A stretch of DNA of 63,953 nucleotides, the filler included, from Hausera hauseri (Eukaryota), in assembly GCA_046269625.1 (NCBI GenBank). It is 12 parts of 12 records of this genome, joined end to end, with 100 filler letters (N's around TTAATTAATTAA, not from the genome) between each part and the next. Parts side by side here need not be neighbours in the genome. Positions count along the whole stretch, not along the records: positions 38,751 to 43,201 come from JBJURY010574450.1; positions 43,302 to 48,041 come from JBJURY010454245.1; positions 48,142 to 52,598 come from JBJURY010571672.1; 9 more parts are not named here. The stretch is one strand, 5' to 3'. The position numbers and the translations under genes were made by a program. Under the pieces are notes generated by a model, which did no database searches, was not told the origin of the DNA, and saw only the letters and a list, made by a program, of their open reading frames with translations. How positions within the stretch are numbered: the first letter of the stretch is position 1; the number at the start of each line of letters is the position of its first letter. Of the stretch, positions 38,651-50,139 are shown in pieces.

Positions 38651-40079
38651 NNNNNNNNNNNNNNNNNNNNNNNNNNNNNNNNNNNNNNNNNNNNTTAATT
38701 AATTAANNNNNNNNNNNNNNNNNNNNNNNNNNNNNNNNNNNNNNNNNNNNGTTACCAAGTTACGACTGTTGAACCGGTAACTTTGGAATCCGAGTCAGAA
38801 CCAGAAGAAATTAATGAGGGTAATCCGAATCGGGAGATAATAATTGAGGAGAAATTGAGCGATCTATTATCAAACCATAGTTGATATCAAAAAACTTACC
38901 TGCCTATTTCGTGGCACACGAGGGTAATATTTTTTCACTACGCATTTTAAACTTTCTGCTCTGCACGTTAGACAGTCTTTACAAAAATTGTTTTATACTT
39001 GCATAATCTGAATTTTTCGAGTTTGTCATTTATAAGACTTATTACCGATTATCAAACATCAACGTCATTGTTGCCATTCATAAAGGAAACCTTCCGATCA
39101 AACAATGCAAAAATGCTACTAAATATCTAAGCGTACATGTTCTCGTCGATTCTGCGTAGGTTTAACGTAGCCGCAGTGGCCCCATCAAAAACAGATAAAA
39201 CAATCGCTTACCTTGTTCCCATTATACAACAAATCACGAATATACAGAAATATCTAAGTCATAAAGTATCGTACGAGTTGAAGATAATCCTCGAGGCTCA
39301 CAGCGCCATGAATTAGGTGTTGTTGAGAAAGACTGGAATCAATATGAGGTATGTGTTAAAATGCGCGTTCTTTTAATTTCAGATGAAGCTATTAGACAAA
39401 CTTCGACATCGATATATAATTCACATACATTGCTTCACGTCGATGTAACAGAAGAAACATTCGGTCGAGGATTAAATTTCCTGAGAGAGACTTTCTAAAT
39501 TCCCATTCTTACCAGCATCTAAATCCAAAACCAAAAAGACATCTGTTTGTCATTCCTACATCTTTCTGAATCTGAATGAATTCAATCCAAAGAATGCTTA
39601 TTGTTTACGCTTGGTTCTAAGTCGATATGACTGTAAGAGACCAGATTGGTTAAATGACAAAGCAGTCGACTTTCAATTTGCAAAGGAAAAGTCAAAGGGT
39701 GTGGACAAAATATATCTGCGCATAAGAGTGTATGGTGAATGCATTTTACCATCATGTCATTGACGTCATATTTCTCAACTGGAAGTTGATAAACCTGTCT
39801 TTCTGAATAAGGGTACATCAAATTTAGGATGTTATACTTTGACAGTCCGAGTCATTTCTATATCCGTGTTCTCAATCATTCTGCAGAGGGCTCTACTGAG
39901 ACATTTCAATGCAGTTATCTGCAGGTCGAATAAAAGAGAAACAGTTATTTCAGCTATCGTCATAATGTCCATAGTGTTAATGCCAAATTTATTCAACCCG
40001 GAATGATCGCTGCAATCAAATCCAAAGACGGTTTTGAACGTATTAAAGTCCACCAAAAGGCAGCAAAAAAGCGGAGACC

Positions 40080-41860
40080 TCGGTTACCCCGAAATTTTCC
40101 ACGCGCCGCGGCGAGGCTGAAGCCCTAGCCGCCCATCCTATACCATTGGGTCGGACGGCACCCTTCGTTGCCGCCCCACGACATGCCCCCGGCTACACAA
40201 CTTCTCATTTCCTATTTTTCTTAAAAAACAAACGCGTTTGCACAAATGCAGTAGCACATTTAAACACGCGGCAATCTAACTTCATCTCCACTCTGCACAC
40301 CAGAATTTTACCTCACATATTATAGCGCCACGGTATCTCTCGTTGGGAATCTGCAACCCTCTTCCATTTATATTCACCTTCACATTCACTTTTACATCCG
40401 TGGTGGCGTGGATTCACCACCTACTATTGATACCTCGGACAAACCCACCAAACCACCGGTCTCTATCACTTACTTACCCAAACAAAGTGCTTCAAACACC
40501 CCGACACAGCACACAGTCCCCATTCATTCACCCTGCACTGAATACTTCCTCGACAGCCGAAACCCCACCCAAACATGGCTAAAATTATATCAATTCCGGC
40601 TCCAATCACAAAACGTCGTCGACCCTTTATCCAAAGCCAACAGACTGATTTTTCATTTACCTGTTTCCATCAAAACTAAAATTACTAGCATTACCGACAT
40701 CCTTCACAACACCGATCCACATTCTTAACTTTATAATGCCGTGCATAAGCTCACTGAGCCGTCAATCGACTCAATCATTTAAAGATTCTTCAATGACAAC
40801 GCCATGGGCCTTCAGAAGCCCTCTGAATTATTGCGCACATCCTTGTCTTACCTCAATACCCTTGGCGTAACATCTGATCATAGTCCAGAACTTCTTCGTC
40901 TTTACTTCCTAAACGCATTGTCCCTTCAAATAAGAGCTTTGCTAACTGTGGTCAAAGACTCCACGGCACTGGAAAAGTTAGCCGAACTGGCGGACAAAGC
41001 TTATGAAGTGTTGCACTCACACAGCACCAACTGTCTCTGCGGCATTAACAACAACCACCAACAACAAAATGCATTGCTGCAGCAACAAATTGCGCAATTA
41101 CGCACAGAAAACGAAATTTTGCAAAAGACAACTAATAACATAAACTAGAAACTAAATAAGTTAACGCTGCCTCGACGAAGTTTTTCTAGGGCTGCCTCTC
41201 CTAATGTATTTTATCAACAACAAAGACGGTCGCCTTTGCCCTCGCGGTTGTCTATTTGCTACTATCACAACAAATTTGTTAACAGTGCGCAAAAATGCTG
41301 CATTGGTTGTAAATTTTACTTCCCCAATTTTAACACAAGCAACATCGTTTGCATCTATCACGCAAAATTTGGAACAAAAACACAAAAGTGCTTATCTGGC
41401 TGTAAATACAACACGTACAACAAAATCAACACCATTAAACCCACACAAAACAGTAGGCCAAACTCATCAGCTACAAAAACTGATTTCGCCGCTAGGACAC
41501 ACGGCAAGTTTTAGCAAAGGCAACAACCTATAAAAACATAGCCGACATATTTCTCTTGCTGTATTCACATTGGAAGCGGCAGTCGTCACTCAAACAAAGC
41601 AAAACATCTCTTTACTACCACCAACACAACACATCCAAAACAAATTGACTTTAAAAAAGCAACTGTTCACTGCATCTGGTGAACCTTTACAAATTTTGGT
41701 GTTACTAAATTAACTTTTACACTTCCAAATTTTCCAAACACATTCACTTGGAAATTTACAGTGGCCAATATACGCAAACCTTTATCGGATTCGGACTTTC
41801 TTTTCCACTACAATTGACTTGTAGACTGAAAACGATGTTCCTTAAGGAGCCGAAACAATT
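40080..41860 (+). mobile_element. Ty3/Gypsy (CsRN1-like) gag-protease remnant, related to 20742-23320
   Basis: CGGTTACCCCGA resembles a degenerate tRNA-Trp PBS. IRGG precedes Gag; PCTEYFLDSRNPTQTWL; IRALLTVVKDSTALEKLAELADK; two CHCC knuckles; FTWKFTVANIRKP..GSDFL protease tail. Confidence 0.8.
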
Positions 41861-42161
41861 TTAATCAAATTAGCAGCATTTCGGTAACCATCTGGGCCAT
41901 CGCTTCCAGTAAGTCAATGCGAAAGAAAAAGACTTCCGATTTAAATTATTTTTATAATCATTTATTACACAGAAATTTTTATTACGGCAACAAATACGAT
42001 GTTGCCAACTACGTGGCACTTATGACTGATAGTACAGCTGCCGACATCATCTTCAACACGAAAATCCTGCACCTAATACCACCTAATCACAACACCTTCT
42101 CTACAACTCATACCTCGACTGCAACCAGTCACGATGCATCGACACCACAATGGATTGTATA

Positions 42162-42930
42162 CTCAAGGGAAGCATCACCAGGACGTTTGTGACTACCTTG
42201 AATTCGGACAGGCTGATGAAACGACTGTCACACCTGCTGAAACAACTACGAGGAAGACGTTAAAACACCGGAGCGGCAGATGTCCCGAGATCCGAAGCGA
42301 CATGGCAGCCCAACAGCCGGCTGTTCACTTTTTCACGCAATTGTTGTTGATCTGTGGTGATTCCCCGGTTCCTCGACAGTGCGCTTGGATTTCACGTTGC
42401 CTGACCGAGTTGGCATCGATGAGCAGTATCACCGACTGCACATTAGTTTCTGTCATGCCTGACGTCCTGGCGCTGCCTCCCCGAGTAGATAAGATTGGGT
42501 CCCTATCAAGCGAGTTTGGAGATTCGCTCGACTCTGAATTATGTTGGGCTGTCAACTCGCCTAGGATGTCGGGACATCTGCCGCCCCAGGTGTTCCAACG
42601 TCTGCCGCGTATTTGTTTCAGCATGTCTGACAGTTGTTTCATCAGCCTGTCCGAATTTGAGGTAGTCACAAACGTCCTGGTGATGATTCCTTTGAGCAAT
42701 TTTCGTTGGTCCGTTACAAGTGAGTTTTGAATATACTTAGTTTTTTCCGGTAGTTCATAGCTCTTCGTTGCTGCGGCATCCACATTTTCCACTTCCCGCT
42801 TCTGGCCTTTCCTCTACGTTTGAGATCATTTATTCGAGGTCCGCCTACGGTTCCATACCAACCTCTTCAAATTCGAAGTAGTCACAAACGTCCTGGCGAT
42901 GCTTCCTTTGGGCAATTTTCGTTGGTCTTA
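42162..42930. repeat. Diverged inverted repeat (arms ~42162-42315 and ~42542-42697) plus a partial third copy (~42865-42928)
   Basis: CATCACCAGGACGTTTGTGACTACC..TCGGACAGGCTGATGAAAC..GCAGATGTCCCGA occurs on both strands, with scattered mismatches. Confidence 0.85.
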
Positions 42931-43301
42931 TAAAATAAATTTAGTGTTACTTAGTATGTTAGTAAGCAATTAGTCAAAGAACCATCTGGAAATACATGTT
43001 TTGTGAGGAAAATCAATCAAATATTATTTATTTATTTTGTAGACACATTATTCATAGCAAAAGTTGTCTACTTGAACACCCACGTTATCAAAGTGTACTG
43101 GATGTGTGTGCAAATGGGAGAATAAAGTATCATATAACAAAATGGATATTAATTTAGATTCTTTTAGTAATCATGGCGCGAAGGTATCCTTACAATACTC
43201 GNNNNNNNNNNNNNNNNNNNNNNNNNNNNNNNNNNNNNNNNNNNNTTAATTAATTAANNNNNNNNNNNNNNNNNNNNNNNNNNNNNNNNNNNNNNNNNNN
43301 N

Positions 43302-45600
43302 CCGTACGGCAAGGGTTGCGAAAGCGCCCAGCCGTACAGGTTATTAATATCGATGTACAACATTGATGTTGTATCATCGTCTCCACTGGTTACGTGATGC
43401 TTGTTGACAAATGTCATGACGCTACGAATACCAACATCAAATAGTCGGTACATTTCCGGGTCTTGCAACAGCTCAATTTCCCTGTCCAGTGACATTAGTA
43501 CCGGTGCCCAACTCATCCCCGGTATGGAGTAAAAGTTTCCAGGTACTGGAGCATGTACTCAAACATGCTTCTGCAGCCGAGCTCTGTCCACGCTTCTTGT
43601 GCTCTGTGGTACTCGTCCTCTGTGATTCCGATCCATTGTGGTGACAATTCATCTGTTGTCTGAAGCCGCTCGTACGACACAACAGTAATGTGGGAATATG
43701 CCTTTGCTGTGCGCAATATGCGCGGGAAATTGCGTCAGCGTTATCGGCACATCCGGTAAGGCACTTACGAGCTTTCCTAGAGACTCATTGAGGAACTGCA
43801 ATGAATCAAGAAATCGTACCTGGAACCGGTTTATGCGTGCCGATAGGGACAGGTACTTCTCTATTCTTGTTGGAATTATGGGTAATTCCCAGTGTGGAAA
43901 ACCGTTTATGGTCCATTTCAGAATATGGTGACAATTATAACCCCGGAAGTTATGAAGAATCACCGGAAGGAATGGCCGCACACGCCTTGCCAAGTTGCAC
44001 GAATTGCATGCTGCTCCGAGATATCGCCCTGTAAAATGGTCGTGATCCAGTACGAGCCGTTTCTGTGCATCAAACGGTAATATTTTGTAGCACAGGTAAC
44101 ATTCATCTGTGACTGCAAACTTCAGGGGTTCATCTTCATCTGTTCACATCAAAGGTTTATTGCTATTTCTACTGTACCAGGGTTCGATTTCAGTTTCCAC
44201 TATGGTTTGCAACTGCTGCAAGAAATCGCGTACAATATTCCATCCGTGGAAAACATAATATTAAGGTTGACTTGCAGCTTTTATTGGGACAACCAACATA
44301 ACAGCGGCAATTGGAACATGGTTTTGGTCATATGTGTTGTGCCGTGGAAAGGTAGCTTAGATATCGGCATATACTACATATGCAGTACTGTCTGTTTATA
44401 ACCAATAAGTGAACTTAATTTCCTGTTTGACGTATATGACATACATTGTGGTTCCTGACGAATTTTGCCTGCACAGAGTCATATGTTTCTCTCATGTTGT
44501 TTCCAATCTGAATTCATGAAGACATACAGGATACCATTTACACTGTGTCCGTTTTTGGAGGAAATGGTCATATTCCATGTTCAGTAGTCTGTCCAGATTT
44601 GTGACTTCAACGTAGTGGTACTTTTCTTTTTGTTTTAGTAGCAACAAATTTACTCTGCGACCATTTGGGTTCTGACTACGATATATTATATCCAGATGAG
44701 GATTTTTGTAAATTTTTTCATCCGCCGGTATTTCTACGATTGTGTTGTGCCGGAACACGTTGATTGCCAGTGTCAAATTACGCCGTTCAAAAGCCAGAAG
44801 GGATTTCAGTTTCATCGGCATCCAGCTATCATAGAAATGCAATTCGGAAAAATATTTTTGATACTGTTTTGGACGAGATGCACTATGTCTGTCCACTTCG
44901 TCATATTTGCATACCTCCAGAATACTGTAAAGAAAACAGTATTCATCATTAGTATTTTTTAAATTCACTACCTCAAGAAACTGCTTCAGAGCTGCATGTG
45001 TCGATATGAATGATCGCCTGGACAAATATATTATGTCACTCGACTTTGTTATGAGAAAGCCGAGGGATACAATTCATATAATTCGCCATCTACTACCCTT
45101 TTCCGTGTAGTTGGCGATTTTCTCCTCGACCTTTTCGCCTATGTGGACAATAAAATCATTGGCATATGGTACAGCTCGATGCGACAGGTACTATTGTTTC
45201 CTGTCACCTTCAACGTTTTCAAATTCTGCAAGTGCATAATATTGCACTTTGCCGTGTTGGTGTTGGAATTTCTCCACTTCTGATTACAACCGGTTGTGCA
45301 CATTTTGCGAAACATATCTCAGTTGCGTTGTTCTTGTTTTCGCCGACATGTTCGCTTTTAAGTCCACGTACGATCTGTTCAGATCGTACTTGACATTAAT
45401 GCGGGTTCCTGGTGTATCTATTCCTCTTGCTGTTGCTGCTCCTGCTGATCCTGCTGTTGCTTTTCTTCTTCTTGCAGCTCGGTACTGGTTCTAATGAATT
45501 TGTCCAGACTTGTTGATGCCTTACGTTTCCTACTGGTTGTTGTTGTTGTAGAATAGATGCTGCTGCTGCTGCTGCTGATTTTTGTTCATTATATTAATAT
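43302..45600 (-). pseudogene. pPolB N-terminal half with EndoVII-like domain, degenerate
   Basis: VVNLKNTNDEYCFLYSIL, DHDHFTG..CNSCN, LPVILHNFRGYNCH, RFLDSLQFL, KGIFP, LYIDINNLYGWALSQPLPY. Confidence 0.85.
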
Positions 45601-45639
45601 ATGTTTTCTTGACCACCGCTAAAATTGGTTTAAGTGCGC

Positions 45640-47314
45640 CGATAGCACTGACGCAGTTCCCCGCACATATTGCACGGAGCAAAGGTATATTTCCATATGA
45701 CTTTGCAATATCGTATGAGCGACTCCGGACAGCAGAGGAATTACCGCCGAAATAGACAGGTGTCGCAAGGAATGATTACCGAAAAACACAGAGATGTTGA
45801 ACAGAACTCGGCTGTAGAAACATGTTGGATTACATGCTCCAGTATCTTAAACTGGACGTGTAAGTCTTAACCGATGTGGTCCAAGCGTTTCGAGCGAAAG
45901 CCTTGGCTGAAGATAGTCTAGAGCCACTCAAATTTTATTCCATACCGGGAATGAGTTTGGCGTCAGCTCTAATGTCACTGGATCGAGACATTGAGCTGCT
46001 GAAAGACCCAAAAATGTACTGGCTCTTTGATGTTGGTATTAGCGGCGGCATGACATTTGTCAACAAGAATCAGGTCAGTGCTACCGATATCACATCACTG
46101 CTGTATATTGACATTAATAACCTGTATGGTTGGAGCTTTCGCAACCCCTGCCATACGGTTCATTCGACTGGATTGTCGACAGACAAGATCTGGACAACAT
46201 AATGGTCATTTTACCATGAGCAGACATGGCAGGCTCAGTCGGATACCTAATTGAGGTCGATCTCGTGGTATCAGATGAGCTGCATAACGATTCGGACGAT
46301 TTACCGGTCGCACTATTTAACCAATGTCCACCAGGCTCAAAAGTGAATAAACTGCTCATGACGCATGAACCGAAGCTAAATTACCTGGTCTATTGGCGTC
46401 TGCTACAGTTCTACATGCAGCTCGGTGTACGCGTCACACGGCTACACTGCGCAATCCGATTTTCTCAGGCTCCCATATTCAAGGCGTACATAGATGAAAA
46501 TTCGGAGAAACGAGTCTCAGCTTGTACAAAGTTCGAAAAGGGCTACTACGAGCTGACAAACAATTTTCTGTGCGGTAAAATAGTGGAGAATCTGAAAAAG
46601 CGGTTCAATGTACGCCTATACAATAGCGAAAAGCGGTTAGGCACGTACAAGAGCAAGGCACAATTCAAGCGATTAATGCACATTACCGATGGATTGGTTG
46701 CGATGCTGTTAAACCGGGAAGAAGTCGTTCTGGACCGACAAAGTAACATCGGACAAGTGGTATTGGACCTGAGCAAGTTGCGAATGTACGAGCTTCAGTA
46801 TCGCGATTTGGCACGTTATTGTCAAATGTTTGACGGTTGTGGCATTAGTATAATTGCCTGTGACACAGACAGTTTTCCCTGCGGCTACTGCAGCAAATGC
46901 AGTCAGATGGATTACTGGACATGTCCAATTATCCACCGAATCATCCGTTGTACAGCAGCGCGATCACCAATAAAATTGGCTGCTTCAAGGATGAAAGTGA
47001 AGGTCGTGTCCGGTACCCGGAACTGATATTTCTTCGCCCAAAGTGCTACACTCTTCTGACGGACTGTGGACCGAAAATTCGCGCCAAAGAAGTCCAGCTG
47101 AGACAGACGGAAATCTATCACGGTGATTATCGCCGTATCTTTGAAGAAGAAGAAGGATAATCAAAGGCTTTTGTGTCACAAACGATCATCCGATCGATTG
47201 AGCACCAGCTGTATACGGTGACCAATACAATTCTCTTTACCATGCAATGATGATAGGCGTAAGTGGGTGGGGCGAAATAAGAGTTGGGATTACGGACATT
47301 GGTGTTTGGAATAA
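45640..47314 (+). pseudogene. pPolB C-terminal half, degenerate, oriented away from the copy on its left
   Basis: YLKLDV, YSIPGMS, LYIDINNLYGWS, YYELTNNFLCGKIVENL, CDTDSF, IGCFKDE, FLRPKCY, DDRRKW..YGHW. Confidence 0.85.
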
Positions 47315-48141
47315 AACACGTATGAATAATGAATTCGTGCAGACAGATCAAATTACTGTGACAATTCATTATGACCTGTTTGTTTTATATAAATAATGTA
47401 TATTATTCGTTGTTTTGCCTTTTGTTTTATTATGATTTAATTTATCTATATACATTTATATATTTAACCTAATGTGACGAGAAAGAATATAAAAAAAGCA
47501 ATATCAGTAAAATTTATTAATCATAAAATAAAATCAAAACCAAAGTAAGTCAAATCAAAGTAAACTTTCCCAGCTTCCATATTGGTGATTTAACTCCGTG
47601 CAGATCCTTGTATCCCTTCAACTTCAATGTTATATGGCTTTTAGCTCCTTTTGGTGGCAAAAGTGATGCTGCTGTTTCTCCGCCATGTGAACTGACAATT
47701 TTCGACATATATCATTTGAGAAAAATCGACGATGTATCTCGAATATCGTTACTCAACAAAACATCTCTGTCAAGTTTTTTAATTGTGTCTTCCATCGTAT
47801 CCAAATAATCGTCGCTGACCTTTTTCACCAATAGACCATATTTCACCGGTTTGATTTTGATCGTTTGCGTCAATGGCAATTGAATAGCTTTGTGCAGGTA
47901 ATGTAAGTTGTATTCGTTATACAATGGGGAATTTCTGAGCGAATAATCTCAGTACCGTGGATTTTACCTGCTGAATTGTTTTCCAAAGACATTTTTTAAA
48001 TAAGACAATCAAAGGTTTGTTTTCATTGTAAACAATAGACANNNNNNNNNNNNNNNNNNNNNNNNNNNNNNNNNNNNNNNNNNNNTTAATTAATTAANNN
48101 NNNNNNNNNNNNNNNNNNNNNNNNNNNNNNNNNNNNNNNNN

Positions 48142-50110
48142 CCATAAGGTCTCGATCTAAATCCGGAATTTTCCCTTCTATTCGATATTTTTGATATTGC
48201 TTCTTAAGTAATATCCGGGTCTGCTTGTCTACTGGAACTATTATTTTTCCGGTTCTTTTGGAACGGAAGACTGAGGTGAGGTAATTTCCTAACTTCGGGT
48301 TTTCCCAGACATATGTATTTTCGAAAAATTCTCTGACTGGGGCCATTTTGATGAAAAACATGGCTTCTTTAATCATTTTTTGCTACAATATTCAGTAGTT
48401 ATCAGCATTCTTGGGTAATCTTGAGTTGTTTTGTGGTGGACATTTTCTTCGGTCTTCTTTCCTAATAGAACATTGATTTCGGTTATCATAGATTTACTAA
48501 ATATCTTTACGGATTTACCCTTTAGAGAGGTGCTTGCTTCCATTTGTTGGTTTTTCCCTTTTTGGTTTTTTTCTTTTCCTTTTTTGAATAAATAGTTATA
48601 AATAGATGGCGCTTTTTTGGCTGAGGTTCTTCTTCCAATTTTTGTCTCTTTGTTATTGTCTCTGGCTTCAATTCATTTTTTCGCTCTTCTAGGAATTTCG
48701 GCCTTCTACTGAGTATTTTGTTTTGCTTTTCGATTGCTGGTAATTTTGTCTTATTTTCTTCATGTTGCTGCACAGTGAATGTAAGTCTATGGTCGTCTGT
48801 TGATTGAACAACTTTGATTGGGGAATAGGGTTTGATATTCTTTCTATATTTTACGTCTGTTTGTTCGGGTTATTTGTTCATTTTAACGGTAGTCGTGGTT
48901 CCGTCCTCCGTTTCCTTATTAATTAGTGATTTCATTAAGACGTTCTCGTTTAGGGTCCGTGCCGTAAACGTTCTACTTTGTTTGTTTTCCGCACTTATTT
49001 GTATTATGTAGTCTCTTTTGGATTTCACGTAGGTACACTTGATCTGATAATTACCTTTACCCAGCATTACCTTCTGGTTATCGTATAACGTTCGGCAGAT
49101 TATCTCTGTCATAATCGAGAGCTTCTTCTTCAACGAATGTTATTTCGCGTTGTTGTGTCCAATATTTTATAGGGATCACTTTTAGATCCTTCCGTGGTAA
49201 TCTGCTTGTTTGGAGGATTTTGGTAAAAGTTGAAGTAGTCACATTTATTATTGTAATCGGAATTCTAATTGTCGTTATTTGAGGTGGAATTCCCCAAATT
49301 TGGTTTTCTAATTGATAGCTTCCCAGGAAGATACTCGGCTGGTTCGGCCGGACTTCATATAAGTCTAATCGAATTCTATATTGATGTCTCGGGGGTAACT
49401 TACAACACATATTCGACCTCTGGGCGTCAATTTGAAAGTACTGTTGATTAGGACTGGCTTTATCCTTTCTTGTAAATTGGACTGTAATTACCCGTCTTTT
49501 AATTAACCGCCCTTTTGTGTTTATTTGGATACATTTGTCCTTTAGGTTTTCCGTTATACTAGCTATATTTTCTTCTAGCATCTGTTTTAATGGGTCAATT
49601 GACTGGAGCATGTCTTTTAACTCTATGTTGAGATAATCTCCATAAGCTTGAGGTATAACTAAATGTGAATTCAGATTTATTTCAGAGTGTACTTTATTAC
49701 AGTTCGGTAGATATGAACGATAGCTGAGGGCGTAAGAATGTCCGTACTCTACGTTGCAACAAATTGTGTCATCTTCTGGTTCGAATTGACAATTAGACTT
49801 GGCTTGGCTTAATAGGTCATGGAGTAATATCTGGATTCGCTCCTCATATGGTTTCGGTAACCTAAACCCGACACATGGGGCTTCTGGTGAAAAATAACCT
49901 AATTTTATTGCCCGTAAAAATTTTACGTCTTTTTGTTCCGATTGGTGTCCTGGAGCTTCCTTCTTTGGCGGTGAAGGTTTAAATGCAATTTTCCTGATTC
50001 CATATATATTGTTCAACGAAGTTTCATCGACCCACCATTAGGCGTTAGACTTAGGCGTTAGGACAGCGATCAACGATAAGGCTACTATTATCTGTGCATA
50101 AGATACCGGT
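48142..50110 (-). other. Degenerate orphan reading frame downstream of, and in frame with, a Gypsy integrase; starts with a signal-peptide-like segment
   Basis: ..HYNLR*REV..SYAQIIVALSLIAVLTPKSNA*WWVDE.. continues into the 312-aa ORF and further broken ORFs up to the contig end. Confidence 0.5.
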
Positions 50111-50139
50111 CTTGTAACAACTGACGAAGTCTTGACTTC

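Noticed and set aside
38751-39500. Intron-containing host gene remnant
   Set aside because: Splice-like signals are present but the frames contain stops and I cannot identify a product.
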